A DNA stretch of 64,000 nt, from contig OZ024741.1 of the NCBI GenBank assembly GCA_964016885.1, positions 298,158,001-298,222,000 of the forward strand, read 5' to 3'. A model generated the notes under the pieces. The model was not told the origin of the DNA and searched no databases. It worked only from the letters and a program-made list of their open reading frames with translations. The position numbers and the translations under genes are program-made. Shown here piece after piece: positions 37,610-51,719 of the stretch. The first letter of the stretch is position 1; each line of letters starts with the position of its first letter. Origin of the DNA: Eledone cirrhosa (lineage: Eukaryota).

Positions 37610-40600
37610 TCATCAATTTACGTCCGCTTTTCCCTGCTTGCAAGGGTTGGACGGGTCCTATTCAGCACAGCATCTCTCCACTGTGAGCTTCAGCGATCTG
37701 AGGTCTGCTCTCACCACCTCCGCCCATGTTTTTCGTTGTCTACCTTTACTATGCCTTCCTTCAACTGGCATTTCCTGGCACTTCTTCACCCATCAGTCAT
37801 CCTCCATGTGCATCACATGTCCATACCATCGCTGTCTCCTTTCTCGCACACTACAATTTATCCCTCTCAACACATTCATGCTTGGTCGTTCACGCACATT
37901 GACATTGCACATCCAATGGAGCATGCTTGCCTCATTTCTCTCTAGCCGTCCCATATCCTCTACAGTTGCTGCCCATGTCTCACGTACGCAGGGAGAAACC
38001 CTTCTTCGTCAGCAGAGGAAGCAGCTCCCTAAACTTCTTCCAACCTGTCCGTATTCTAGATACTATGACCTCGGAACCCCCCCCCCCCCATGCTAATCTG
38101 ATCACCTAGGTACTGGAAGCTATCAACCACTTCTATAGCACCCACCTGCATTTGAAAAATGTGTCTATCAATGTGACTTCTACTGTCAAATTTCCATGTA
38201 CATCTAGTGCATACATATTTCTCCCTACCTGTTAGTTTGCCTGCTATCCCACTACATCCCTTGTGTAGCCAAGATCTGCATTGTGTGCATTTTATGGAAT
38301 TTATGCCAGTTCCTTTTCTGCATATCGAACATGGCCATTTCCCCGACGGAAACAGAGTTTTGTCCTCTTTTCTACTCATCAACACTTTTGTCTTAGCTAG
38401 GTTCACTCTCAGTCCTCTTAATTTCAACTGCTATTTCCATAGCCTGAATTTATTCTCTAGCTCCTCTACTGATTCTGCTATAAGAACCAGATCATCAGCA
38501 TAGAGAAGTTCCCATGGACAGCCAGTCTTAAACTCCTCTGTTATGGCTTGGAGGACTATAATGAACAAGAGTGGGCTGAGGACCGAACCCTGATGTACTC
38601 CTACTTGTATCTAGAATTCCTCACTAAACTCCATTCCTACCCTCACTTTACTGACAGCAGCTCTGTACAAAGTTTGCACTGTCCTCACAAGCCATTCCTC
38701 AACACCTAGTTTCCTTAGGGACCACCAGATGACAGATTGGGGTACCTTATCAAAGGCCTTCTCTAGGTCAACAAAAGCTAAGTATAGAGGCTTATTCTTC
38801 TCTAAGAACCTCTCTTGTAATTGTCTCACCAAGAGGAGGGTATCTGTTGTACTTTTCCCCGGCACAAAACCAAACTGCATCTCATCTAGTTTGACCCTTT
38901 CTTTAATTAGTTGTGCTAATATCTTTTCTGTCACTTTCATAACCTGATCCATCAGTTTTATACCCCTCTCCAGAGTATCCTCTTTACCTTTGTAGCAATT
39001 TATGAGAATACTGCTGCACCAGTCTTTGGGTATGACACCGCCATAAATAGCCTGATTGATGATGCAGGCAACCAGTTTAGTGCCTACGTCTCCTGATGCC
39101 TTCAGCATCTCAGTAACTATCCCCGACGGTCCAGTGGCCTTACCATTTTTCATTTCCTTAATCGCCTCTTGGACCCTATATTTGTCAATCTCAATAGCTG
39201 GTCCCTGTTAGATCTACTGAGGGTAATTTCTCTCTCTCCTATTCATCAGTCTCTCATAATGATATTTCCAGGCCTCCTTTTTCTGATCATTCGTGACACT
39301 AAGTACACTGGCATCATTACGGACACATTTATCTCCAACAACATCCTGATTTGCATTGACACACTGCCTTGCAATGTGGAACACCACACGTCTCTGATTT
39401 TTCTCATCGCAGAACATTGACAAACCTACTCTCAGCCTCCCTGTGTGCTAAGTACACCTGACGTCTAGCTTCTCTCTTAGCGGCTGTATATCCTTCTCTA
39501 CTCCCACCCTTTTTCCAAGCCTGCCATGCTAGTCTTTTGTCTCTAATGACCCTATCTACCATGCTGTTCCACCACCAGATCACTCTCTGTCTAGTTGGAG
39601 CTCAGCTCCAGCCACAAGTTTCATCAGTAGCCTGCAGTAAGTTGTCACATAAGAAATTCCAGTTATCATCTATGTCATACGATTCTAAATTGTCTTCTTT
39701 TTCGTCATACACATCTTGAAGGACTTTCCTAAATTTGTATTTTAGTGAAAGGTATTTTAGCTTCCAGATCTTTCTTCTCCACACCTTCCTGTATGTCTCA
39801 TTCCGTCTCTTGCTTACTGAGATGTCACTAACGACTAACCTATGCTGTGGGGTACATTCTTTCCCAAGGTATGCCTTGGTATTTGACACCATCTGCCTGT
39901 CCCGCTGCCTAATTAGTAAGAAGTCAATCTGGCTTATGTGCTTGCCTGATTTGTAGGTTATTAGGTGGTTGGCAGGTTTCTGGAAGTTAGTGTTGCAAAT
40001 GGTTAGTGTACTTGCATCACAAAATTCTAGAAGTATCACTACTTCTTCATTTCTTGAGCCGTAACTGTGCCCACCATGTACCCCAGTGTAACGATCCTGG
40101 AACTGTCCAACATTACCATTGAAGTCCCCTGCTAGCACAATGATGTCTCCGTCCTCTGTCATTGCAGCTGTTTGTAAAAGCAGTCTTTCTCTTCTTTACC
40201 TAGGCTTGCCCTGGGGAGCATAGGCAGAGATGATTGTCAGTAGTCTCCTGTCTACAACTGATCTAAGCTTAATTATTCTATTATTAACTCGAACTACCTC
40301 TATTGTCTTATCGATCCATCTCTCAGCCAGGAAAATGCCTACTCCCCCTAACCCATCATCCTTACCTACCCAGAAAAGCTTATAACTAAGATGTTTTGCC
40401 TGCGATTAGTCTCGCAGAGGCACCTCTCCATCTCACCTCTTGCATGCAGCACATATCCACATGTCTTCTCTCCAGCATCTCCGCTATTTCACCAGATCTA
40501 CCTGTGAGAGTGCCAACATTAAGTGTTGCAACTCTGAGATGCGATGTCGTCATATTCTTGTTCCTTTTCCTGTAGTGCGATTGCTTGAAGATGGTCGGGG

Positions 40601-40830
40601 GTTCTCGCACATGGCCGCACCAGCCACCCCACTACTGTGTGCAGCCCTAACATGGTTAGTGTTATTGCTGTTTACGCAGTTATTGCGATATATATTTGTT
40701 GTTGTGCTCATAATTGTTTTAGCATTAATACACTGGTTTGATGCCCTTTCTAACACCAGTGCCACTTTACAGCATGGACTGGGTGCTTTTATTCGTGCCA
40801 CCAGCACTAGAGAGGATGTCTTACTGAACT
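37610..40830 (-). mobile_element. Near full-length decayed RTE LINE
   Basis: APE start LRVATLNVGTL...MQEVRW (40386-40610), GDFNG (39602-40162), RT (38611-39153), C-terminus, gat tail near 37610. Confidence 0.9.
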
Positions 40831-42679
40831 CATGAGCCCTCTCTACCCCTCCATTTTACAGCATGGTCATAACAATAATAACAATAATAATTATTAATTA
40901 ATGCAATCGTGCAATGCCTGTGCATGAAAAATATTTTTAAAGTGAGGAAAGACTGTGCACTGAGCCAATCCCACTCTCTGAGCGACAGTAGCTATAACCT
41001 GAAAAGAAGAAAAGATCAACATCATCAGTAACTACTGAGCTGCAGGTTTTATGTTGGAGTTAACCCAGTTTCCTGAGATGCCTTCTCCTAGAAGAATGCT
41101 CTGAAAAGGGCTAGGGGTCCTTCACTCCCAGTGGTTTAACTGCGCGATCGGGTATCCAGCCCGATTATTTCTATGTCCCCGCGCACAAAAAAAAATCACT
41201 TATTGACACTCATATGTACACACACACACTCACTCACACACCAACACTCATGCATACAAACACACATACACACATGCCACTCACTCACATACCAACACTC
41301 ATGCATACAAACACATTCACTCACACACCAACACTCATGCATACACACACACTCCACTCACTTACATACACACACACACACACATATACATATATTACTG
41401 TCATTACTGATACAAGATCACGTCAACTGTTGACTTTCGAAAGAGTTTGTATAATTGAAGCCGTGTGCTACTGTTCAGTATAATTATAATAATTGTTGGA
41501 TTGGCAGTACGGTAGAGGGTCGGACGATATGCTTTGCAGTATAGAGTTACAGCCCTTTACGGTCTGAGTTCAAATCCCGCCGAGGTTAACTTTGCCGTTC
41601 ATCCTTACGGTGTTGATAAAATAAAGTACCAGTAATACACTGGGTAATTGCTGGCCTTGTGCCAAAAGTAGAAACAATTATTATAATAATTGTTTTACAA
41701 CATAGAGCTACGGCCCTCTATGCTCCGGGCTCAAATCCCGCCGAGGTCAACCCTGTCCTTTATCCCCACGGAGCCGACAAAACAAGGCACCAGCAATGTG
41801 TTGGGACAATCGCTGCCCCATGCCAAAAACAATAATTATTATTATTATAGTTGTTGTTTTCTTAAGGCCCGATCGCTGGTGATGGTGATGGTTGTGGTGG
41901 ATGATGGTGGCAGTTGATGTTGTTGTTTTTTTATTTTTATTTATTTTTTTATTGTTTGATGCCGCAGTTGTTGTAAATGTTCATTTCATTCTGATGCTGT
42001 TGTTGCTGTAGACATTGGTGCCGGTTTGTTGTTGTAGACGGGTTGAAATTTGGTCGTTTTGACTGAGTGATAAATATATATATATATACACATACATACA
42101 TATATATATATATATACACACACATTCAACCCAGAGTAAGGAGTTTGGCAACAGGTCAGTCACCTTAGTCTAGATAGGGTAATGACTTGTGTAAATGTAA
42201 ATGTGGTGGTAGGGAGCGAGTGTAGACGTTATTGTGGTGGCGGGGGGCACTGAGATGTATCTAGCTCATAGTTCATTTGTCTGTTTTCCTCTCTTTTCAA
42301 AATTTGAATTTATAGCAATGGGAGGCAAGTAAACGTAAAATGTAAAATGTAAATAAAGATTGCTCTGGGAAAATATATGGAAATATTTGTGTAGCTTCCA
42401 CAGCTTCTGTCAGGATATTTCCTGAGTCTAGTGAGCAAAAATTTTGTTGTATTTTGATGTTTCAGAATACAAAAATTAATCAAAACTTACCCCCATGAAA
42501 AACAGCGTGTGTTGTCCGATCTATAAGCTCCCTTTTATATATATATATTTACAACAACACCACCAGCTATTTCTCCAGAGAGATAGGCCGTTATACAGAG
42601 AGATATACAATTAAAGTGTTAAATATTCACAGAGAGAGAAAGAGAGATAATGACATCCCACAAAAGTCTAGAATTGACT

Positions 42680-43140
42680 TAAACTATAGATCAAAGTATA
42701 TCAGTTGAAGGTTTAACAATATTGCATTAGCTTTCCTAAAGTAGTTTTACAGTCTTTGATTTTACAGAACAAAGAAAAATTGATACTATTTGAAATTAAT
42801 CTACTCTCCAGCTTTTATCCATATACTACTTACAAACCATACTAATAAAGCTAAACACTTCAGAAGCAATGTTGTGCAGTATAATGCTGCGTTTCAGATG
42901 ACGTCCTTTGGAGCTGAAAAAGATCATACTGACTATGGTTATTTCACAACATTTAAAATCCAAGGCCAATGCAACCATTTAATCGGCAGTTTACTCCCCC
43001 AGCCTAATGAGGAAGTTTTATGATTGTTTTTATTATGCCTTTCTCACCTCATACCTGACAACACATCCAATACAGTCATTTTCTCTTTTATCTGTCTTCT
43101 CTTAACTGTTCTCCCGGGCGAAGCTGGGTACCTCAGCTAG
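42680..43140 (+). mobile_element. Internally deleted Helitron
   Basis: Rep N-terminal fragment FRSNVVQYNAAFQMTSFGA...FKIQGQ..HLIGSLLP; 3' hairpin cccgggcgaagctggg and terminal CTAG followed by T; 5' boundary approximate. Confidence 0.75.
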
Positions 43141-44663
43141 TAGTATATATAGAGTAATGTAAATGCTAAAGGGTTAAGTAAATTTATTCCACATGTCACC
43201 ACCTTAAATGAAACTTAAGGGTTGTCCAGGTGGATAGGATAGAGGGTAGTGAGGGAAGCGTGCTGGAATAGCCACTCAACTTTGTGGGGCTCGCCCTTGC
43301 AGATAGCCAACTCTGCTCCAATAACAGTGAGTAGGGATGTGGTCTAGAAGTCAAGAATGCTGGAGAGTGGCTGATACTTTGACAATTTGCCCTCTTCAGC
43401 CTGGCAGGCAGTGAAGCTTGGATTGGTAGCTGAATGCACCAGGTTGTTGCTAGAGAAGGCATCACAACATGTGGCATCTCAGATGAGGGGCCTACCTCCA
43501 TAGAACGGGAAGATTGTCATTAAGAATTAACATCCAAAACCACAAGAAATCACATTAGTAATTTTTTTTTATTGGAAAGTACAAAACAGCACTATGACTG
43601 CATCATCATCATCGTTTAACGTCTATCTTCCATGCTAGCATGGGTTAGATGGGTTTGTCCCATTTAGAGGTAAGTTGGGTCGCATGACTGTGTCTCATTC
43701 ATATAGGACTGTTGATTTTACAAGCATAGGAGGGGCTGCCAGCAAGGGCTATAGAAACTGTTGTACATTTTATCTGACTTAGTGTTTCTTTTGTTTTATT
43801 GCAGGGTCCATATTCATGCCTATTGATGCAACTGTGAAGCCACTCGAATTAATGTCTTGTTTTGTCTGACAGTTGATTTTCCCCACAAACACTCCAGACC
43901 AGACTTAGGACATGGAATTTGAACTTAGAATGCAAAGAATTGAGACAAACATCACAAGGCATCTTGTCTGACTCTAACAATTCTGCCACTCTACTGCTCT
44001 AGATTTGTGCTTTATTTATCAACCCTAAGAGAACAAAAAGCAAAGTTTATCTTGGCAGTATTTTTAACTCAATGAGCTAGATCAAATAATACAAGTTATT
44101 TTATGATGCACTAATGATTCTGTCAATTCACTGTCTTTGTCAATATTTCTTCAGATAAAAACAAACAAACTATAAAATAAAGTGGTTGTTTTTGTTTATA
44201 TTGGCCTTGATTGAGCAGATTTATGATCAAATGTATTCCAACTAAGACAATCTTTTCAACAGGATTAATCACAGAATACTGATTTAGCCAATGTTTATTT
44301 TACTTCTTTAGAGACAATAGGGTATGATCTGAGAAATATTTGATTACTAATTATAGAAGTTTGAGCAACAGCATAGAGGTTCACCCCATTGGTTTGAAAT
44401 AAATAGGTTTTACTATTGATTGATTGATGTGTTAAAAAAGTAATATGTTTGTTCAGTTTTAAAGTCTTAATATTATGATTAAAGGTCCAACCCTTGCTAT
44501 CAAGGAAAATGGACATTAAATGATGATGATGTTGATGACAATGAATGTCTTCTAAATAATAATTTCACAGAAACCTTCTTTAAACCAAAGGATTAACAAA
44601 AGAGGTTTTAACATATTTCTATGCTCTAAAGTCTCTTCATGTTATATATATATATATATATAT

Positions 44664-44904
44664 ATGAATGTATGTATAGTACATTTGGCAATATACCGTA
44701 TGTTTAATTAAAAACATTTAGAAGACCATTCGCTATCAGTTTTAAAGTAGTGACTATGTCACTTACTTCTATTTTCGGCAAAGCCTTTGCCGAAAATAGA
44801 AGTAAGTGACACAGTCACAACTTTAAAACTGATAACGGATGGTCTTCTAAATGTTTTTAATTAAACATATGGTATATTGCCAAATGTACTATACATACAT
44901 TCAT
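44664..44904. repeat. Fold-back palindrome of about 120-bp arms between (TA)n tracts
   Basis: Apex tttcggcaaag c ctttgccgaaa; arms differ at several positions. Confidence 0.9.
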
Positions 44905-44929
44905 GCCTACATCGCTACCAATACTAATA

Positions 44930-44975
<46 letters not shown>

Positions 44976-45423
44976 TTTAAAACAACAGAAGGTCAGGTTG
45001 GAGATATCTTTTTAAAGTTTTAATGTTGCAAAAGACACTATACATATTTCAATGGCCAACATAAATGATATATATATTCACAAAATTCTATATATATCAT
45101 CATCATCATCATTTCTGTTTAACATCAATTTTTCCATGCTTGCATTGGTTAGATGGGTTGTCCATGCTGGGAGGCAAGTCTGGCCAAGGTTGGCCATGTG
45201 TTGCACCTTGCTCCGGGGAGGACTGTAAATTTAGCTGGGTATTTTACAGCTGGATGCCCTTCCTAACACCAAACACGTTTACAGTGTGGAACTGGATGGC
45301 TGTTATGAGGAGGAACAGGCCTGTTGGCCAAACCGAACTCGTCTCACAACGGAATTATGTTTTTGGAGCCCAACCCATCACATAGTAGAACCATAGTTTT
45401 GGAGCCCAGTACTGGATGACACC

Positions 45424-45455
<32 letters not shown>

Positions 45456-45667
45456 TTATATAGTAAGTTGAATCGAAGTCAGTGTTGCAGTGTATGTACA
45501 AATTTTATTGCACAATAAATCTTGAATACATCCCAACATGAAACGGACCCTGTAACAGCATTGAGTGCTGCAAACAGCATGCCGTCTGTATCTGTAGTTA
45601 AACACCTAACATACACCGCCCCCCACATATATATATATATATACCATCACAAATTAGCTGAACTTAC

Positions 45668-45790
45668 CACAGGACAGCCATCTAAGAGATTCAGTCCTCT
45701 TAAATGAAAAATAACATAGGAACGATAGTCTTCATGCTCATTAATCATTGGGTTTCCATAGAAATGAACAGTTGTTAAGTTCTTCATGTT
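45668..45790 (-). CDS. LRRC9: LRRC9-like exon
   Basis: 123 nt, NMKNLTTVHFYGNPMINEHEDYRSYVIFHLRGLNLLDGCPV (LRRcap YRxxVIxxLxxLxxLD), gtaagt donor; not in the ORF track. Confidence 0.9.
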
Positions 45791-45949
45791 CTAAAGAATA
45801 GCAGACAAGAATAATAATAATACTGGTTTCTGATTTAGGCTCCAGGCCAAACAACAACAATAATAATAATAATAACAATAATAAAAATAATGATTTCTAC
45901 TATAGGCACAAGGCCAGCAATTTTTTTAGACTGTATAATAATGGTTTAG

Positions 45950-46522
45950 GCACAAATAAATAACAATGAACACAAGAATTACAACAATGAAATTTCGCTA
46001 ACAGGGGAAGGACCACCCAGGAGTAACTTAGGAACTCCACAAATCCTAAACCTCCTAATGCTCGAAGAACACCCTAAAGAGGTCGTCCTTCTCCTTTTTA
46101 AATCAGCCAAGCCTACAGGCATATGCTTAGAGTAGGCCCATTCACACGCGACATTCTTGCAACATTCACCCACCTTTTAACAAATGTATGGGGGGGGGGA
46201 AGCACTCTCTCTCCACCCTCACCTTCCTTTCCAAGTGAAACTTGAAAAAGTTGATGAGGGATTGGCTGAAGAGAAAAGTGTCTGGCTCCAGTCCTTTTGA
46301 CCTGGTCCACCAAATAACCTCTTTCACTATGGCCAACAGATGGAGGAAAACTGCCTGTCCTTCTAGGCTAAATGAATGCCTTCTGATTTAGGCACAAGGC
46401 CAATGATTTAGGGGTGGGAGGAGAGTCGATTAAATTGACCCCAGTACATTACTGGTACTTTATTTTATTGACCCTGTATGGGAAAAAGACAAAGCTAACT
46501 TCAGTGGATGATGGTGGTGGTG

Positions 46523-46565
<43 letters not shown>

Positions 46566-47740
46566 TTTCTTTATTGGCCACTCAGGCTGACATCAAGAAA
46601 AACATTACAGACGGCACAGGACGGTACATATATATATATATAAACAATAAAAATGAAAATTGAAACAATGAAAAATTCCCCAATAGGGGGGAAACCTCCG
46701 AGGGTTACTCGTGGTGAAAACCACACAAAAGACCGCGGCCACTCTGACTACCAGGGCAAGCGCCCGCTCTCAAACTACAAGGGTTGACACAAAGTATAAC
46801 ATTAAGGACAACACAGGATGGTACAAATAGGCATTTCTGTGTGTAAAAAAAAAACAAAACCAGAGGATGTAATAAAAAAAGGAAACAATGAAAAATTCCC
46901 CAATAGGGGGAGACTTCCGAGGGTCGCTCCTGGAGAAAGCCCACAAAAAAAGCCACGGTTACCCAGACCGCTAGGGCAAGTGCCCTCTTCCAGTTTTCCT
47001 TCCACTATGCTACAGGCACAACCTCAGGGTAGGCCCATTCACACGGGCCATTCTTGCCTCTCTCACCCACCTTTCAACAAACTGGCTGGAAGTCAGCAGT
47101 TCCTTCTCCACCCTGATTTTCCTTTTCAGGTGAAACCTGAAAAAGTTAATGAAGGCGTCACCGAAGAGGAAAGTACCCATCTTCAACCCTTTCAGACGTG
47201 TCCACCATACGATCTCTTTTACCATGGCCACCAGGCAGATAAAAACTGCCTGCCCTTCCCAGCTAAAGGAAGGCGGCGGGGCAATTCTCACGATGGATCA
47301 GCTGATAGCTGGATCCATTCTACACGCGACAGCAGGTGTTCGGCATAAACCCATAAGTCAGCAATGCTCGGACAGGCCCGGCTGACAGCAGTTCCATGCC
47401 TGTAGAGTTTATCCCGAACTGGCAAGGCTCCTCGGGAGCACTGCCAGGCCAGGGATTTCTGGAAGTTGTCCATGGGTCTCGGCCCAAAAGTTCTCCTGAA
47501 GAGATTGCTAGTTGGTTTTCGTCGACACCTAGTCTCCCCAAAGACATCGTCACTCTTTCCCTCCACTAACCCTCTATATAATGCCAAGGTGGAGTTTCCA
47601 CCGATCGTATTGCCCGACTGGTTGAGGGCTGTAAGCGCGCTTGCAGACATTCCAGTCTCCAAGCGCTTCCTCTCAGTCTTCGCTTGACCCAGGACTGCAG
47701 CTCCGTCAAGGAGATGAGCTGGGGAAACATGTGTCTAGCA
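45950..47740 (-). mobile_element. Stacked 3' fragments of Tx1/L1-clade LINEs inserted in (AAT)n
   Basis: Same 3' region (AVFICLVAM.KEIVWWTR, 3' UTR ctattggggaatttttc) repeated, with (aat)n at the junctions. Confidence 0.8.
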
Positions 47741-47770
<30 letters not shown>

Positions 47771-47771
<1 letters not shown>

Positions 47772-50152
47772 CTTTCTTTATTAACCACAAGGGTTTACAC
47801 AAAGTAGACATTAAGGACAGTACAGGACAATACACGACGGTACAAATGGGCATTTCTGCGTGTAAAAAAACAAAAACAAAAAAACAGAGGATGTAATAAA
47901 AGAACAATGAAAAATTCCCCAATAGGGGGGAGACTTCCGAGGGCCATCGTGGAGAAAGCCCATTAAAAAAGCCACGGTGACCCTGACCACCAGAGCAAGT
48001 GTCCTCTCCCAGTTTTCGACCTTCAATTTACAGGCATATACTCAGAGTAGGTCCATTCACTCGGGCCATTCTTGCCTCTCTCACCCATCTTTCAACAAAA
48101 AGCTGGGAAGAGAGCACCTCCCTCTCTACCCTGATTTTCCTTTTCAAATGAAATGTGAAAAAGTTAATCAGGGCATCACCGAAGAGCTAAGTGCTCGTCT
48201 TCAGCCCTTTCAGACGCGTCCACCATACTATCTCTTTCGCCATGGCCACCAGACAGATAAAAACTGCCTGCCATTCCCAGCTAAAGGAAGAGGGCGGGGC
48301 AATCCTCACGATGGACTCAGCTGATAGTCGGATCCGTTCTACACGCGACAGCAGGTATTCGACATAAACCCACAAGTCAGCAGTGATTGGACACTGGACG
48401 AGTGCATGCAGGACGGTTTCGGCGCCCTGCGCGCATCTCGCACATGCCCGGTTGACGGCACCTCCATGCCTGTAGAGTTTATCCCGAACTGGCAAAGCCC
48501 TTCGGTAGCACTGCCAGGCCAGGGATTTCTGGAAATTGTCCATAGGCCCCGGCCTGAAAGTTCTTCCGGAGAGATTGGATAGTTGATTTTCGTCGACGCC
48601 TAGAGTTTCCCCAAGTACGTCGTCGCTCTTCCCCTCCACTAATCTTCTATAGAAAGTCAAGGTGGAGTTTCCACCAATCACATTGCCCGATTGGTCGAGG
48701 GCTGTGAGCGCCTGAAGACATTCCAGTCTCCAAGCGCTCCCTCTCGGTCTTCGCTTGACCCAGGACTGCAGCTCCGTCAAGGAGATGAGCTGGGGAAAGA
48801 CGCGTCTAGCAAATGGCGACCACACCTGATCACCGTCGAGGAAGAGGTGGAGATGTCGTAGCTTGAGCGCGTGTCTGCGCATCATCAGCCACGGCATGCC
48901 CAACCCGCCACGTAGCGGGTGTTGACAGCAGATGGACTGCCTGACCATCGGAGTGCGTCCCTTCCACAAAAGGCGAAAGAGAAAACGCTCCAGCGCAGTC
49001 AGGCGAGGCTTACGACAAGGCACGACGGTCAGGCGGTTGTAAATGACGGACGCGATGTACGCGTTAGCCACCTCCGCTCGACCTTTCAGAGATAGCTTCC
49101 TCTCTGGATAAGAGAAGCCACCCTGCTCGACACCTCGTCCCAGTTTTTGTCTGTCTGGAGGTCCGGACCGAACCAGACCCCTAGCAATTTAACCGGTCCG
49201 TCCGTCCAGCGCCCGACGACACCGTTGGACGGCATGGACCTGCCTCTCCAGGTGCCGAGCTGCAGGCCCACCGACTTTTCCTGGTTGATCATTGCTCCTG
49301 TCACCGCTTCGTATTTTCTTAGTGTAGTGCCGATCGCCTCAATGTTTTTGGTGTTCAAAACCACTACGGTGACATCGTCCGCATATGCTGACACGGATCT
49401 TCCGCATCCTAGTTCGCGCGGGACCCCCCACAACGTCTCCAGTTTGTGCAGTAATGGCTCGAGAGTCAATACGTACAATAGGGACGAGAGGGGACATCCT
49501 TGGCGGACCGAGCGCATGATGTTGAACGGTTCCGAAAGGTGACCATTCACTCTCACCACAGAGCAGATGTCGCTGTGCATGGCAGCGATCCAGCCTCTGA
49601 AGATGGGCCCAAAGCCAGCCGCCCTCAGGACTGGCGCCAGATAACGATGGTCGACCCTATCGAAAGCTTTCGACTGATCTAAATTGATCAAAGACCCACC
49701 CGTGCCAGGTTTCCTAGCTACTCGCTCCACGATGTATCGCATGAGGTGGAGGTTGTTGTGGATGGATCTGTCGGGAATGGCGCATGTCTGCGCCTCTCCC
49801 ACCAGACCACCAACAACAAGCGCCAACCTCTTTGCTAGCACCTTGGCCAAAATCTTGAACTCTGTGTTTGGCAGAGTTATGGGCCTGAAATTATCTATGT
49901 TATCCCCCTTGTTCAGATCCTTTTTCAGCAGCACCACCGCTCCTCGGCTCACAGAGCTGGGAATTCTTCCGTTCTGTTGCCAGTTGCAGTAGACGTCTGC
50001 CAAGAGGCCTCCGAACAAGTCTGGCATCTGTACGTAAAGTTCATAGGGCAGACCATCCAAACCAGGCGATTTACCCCTTGTGCAGCCAGTCATTGCCTCC
50101 CGTACTTCAGCTGCTGTTATCGGCTTTTCGTAACACTCCGCCTCAGTGGCCG
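47771..50152 (-). mobile_element. 5'-truncated Tx1-like LINE (RT plus C-terminal zinc-binding region), one frameshift
   Basis: ORF 49086-50093 KSPGLDGL, NFRPITL, DQSKAFDRV, RQGCPLS, AYADD; ORF 48187-49071 C.RC....ETVLHALVQC; (aat)n on both flanks. Confidence 0.9.
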
Positions 50153-50169
50153 ATAATAATAATAATAAT

Positions 50170-50833
50170 GAGGAGGCTAGCTCATGGTGTAGGATCTGTA
50201 GAGAGGGAGAGGAGACTGTGGCTCAGATTGTATCCAAGTGTAAACACCTAGCCCTGACTATAAAGGCTGGAGACATGATATGATAGGCAGGGTGATCCAC
50301 TGGCATCTATGCAAACTAAACAATTTACCACATTCTGAGAAGTGGTATGAGCATAAGCCAGAGTCGGCGATAGAAAACGATCAGGTGAAGGTGCTATGGG
50401 ATTTTAGGATAGAGACGGACAAGAAATTAGAACACAATAGGCCTGACCTGGTGGTTTGGGTCAAGGAAAAATGATCGTGCCTGATTGTAGATGTAGCCTG
50501 CCCATTTGATAACAGAGTGCAAGAAAAGGAGAGGGAGGAAATTAACTGATACCAGGATTTAAAGTGTGAGTTAAAAAGGATTTGGAACTGCCATGAGATC
50601 AAGGTCATCCCGATTGTCATAGGCACACTAGGTACTATCTCAAAGAGTTTCCAAGGATGGTTAAAGAAGATTAGTCCAGCCCCGTTTTTTGGAACACTTC
50701 AAAAGGCATGCTTGCTGGGAACAGCAAGAACCCTCCGATACGTTCTGAATGTCTGAGGCTGCAGGTAGCAGCTTGATATTCATTTCAACAAACTTTCCAG
50801 TTAAATAACATCAATGACTGAGACCCAAAGAAC

Positions 50834-50835
<2 letters not shown>
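50170..50835 (+). mobile_element. R4/Dong-like LINE 3' fragment with restriction-like endonuclease and (TAA)n tail
   Basis: CRIC...ETVAQIVSKC, RHD, VLWDFRIETD...NRPDLVV, IVDVACP, K...Y.DL. Confidence 0.8.
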
Positions 50836-50884
<49 letters not shown>

Positions 50885-50888
<4 letters not shown>

Positions 50889-51615
50889 TTTTCTTTATTA
50901 ACCATCAGGGTTGACATAAAGTATAACATTAAGGACAGCACAGGACGGAACAAATGGGCATTTCTGCGTGTAAAGAAAAAAGAAAGAAAATGACCAAAAA
51001 AGAAACAAAGGAAAATTTCCCAATAGGAAGAAGACTCCGGAGGGACACTCATGGAGAAAGCCCATTAAAAAAGCCAGTGACCCTGACCACCAGGGCAAGT
51101 GCCCTCTCCCAGTTTTCCACCTTCAATTTACAGGCGCATACTCAGAGCATGCTTGCCTCTCTCATCCATCTTCCAATAAAATGCTGGGAAGAGAGCACTT
51201 CCCTCTCCACCCTGATTTTCCTTTTCAAATGAAATTTGAAAAAGTTAATCAGGGCATCACTGAAGAGGTAAGTGCTTGTCTTCAGCCCTTTCAAACGCGT
51301 CCACCACACGATCTCTTTCGCCATGGCCACCAGACAGATAAGAACTGCCTGCCCTTCCTGGCTAAAGGAAGACGGCGGGGCAATTCTCACGATGGACTCA
51401 GCTGATAGCCGGATCTGTCCTACACGCAACAGCAGGTGTTCGACATAAACCCACAAGTCAGCAATGCTCGGACACTGGATGAGTGCGTGCAGGACGGTTT
51501 CATTGCCCTGCGTGCATCTCGGACAGGCCCAGCTGATGGCACTTCCATGCCTGTAGAGTTTATCCTGAACTGGCAAAGCTCCTCGGTAGCACTGCCAGGC
51601 CAGGGATTTCTGGAA
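50885..51615 (-). mobile_element. Further Tx1-like 3' fragment in (AAT)n
   Basis: Paralogous to 47771-48540. Confidence 0.85.
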
Positions 51616-51719
51616 ATAATAATAATAATAATAATAATAATGGTTTCATTTATTGGCCACATATAGGGGACGATACACTAGACAGGACAGGATAATAAGA
51701 TGATGATGATGATGATTTT

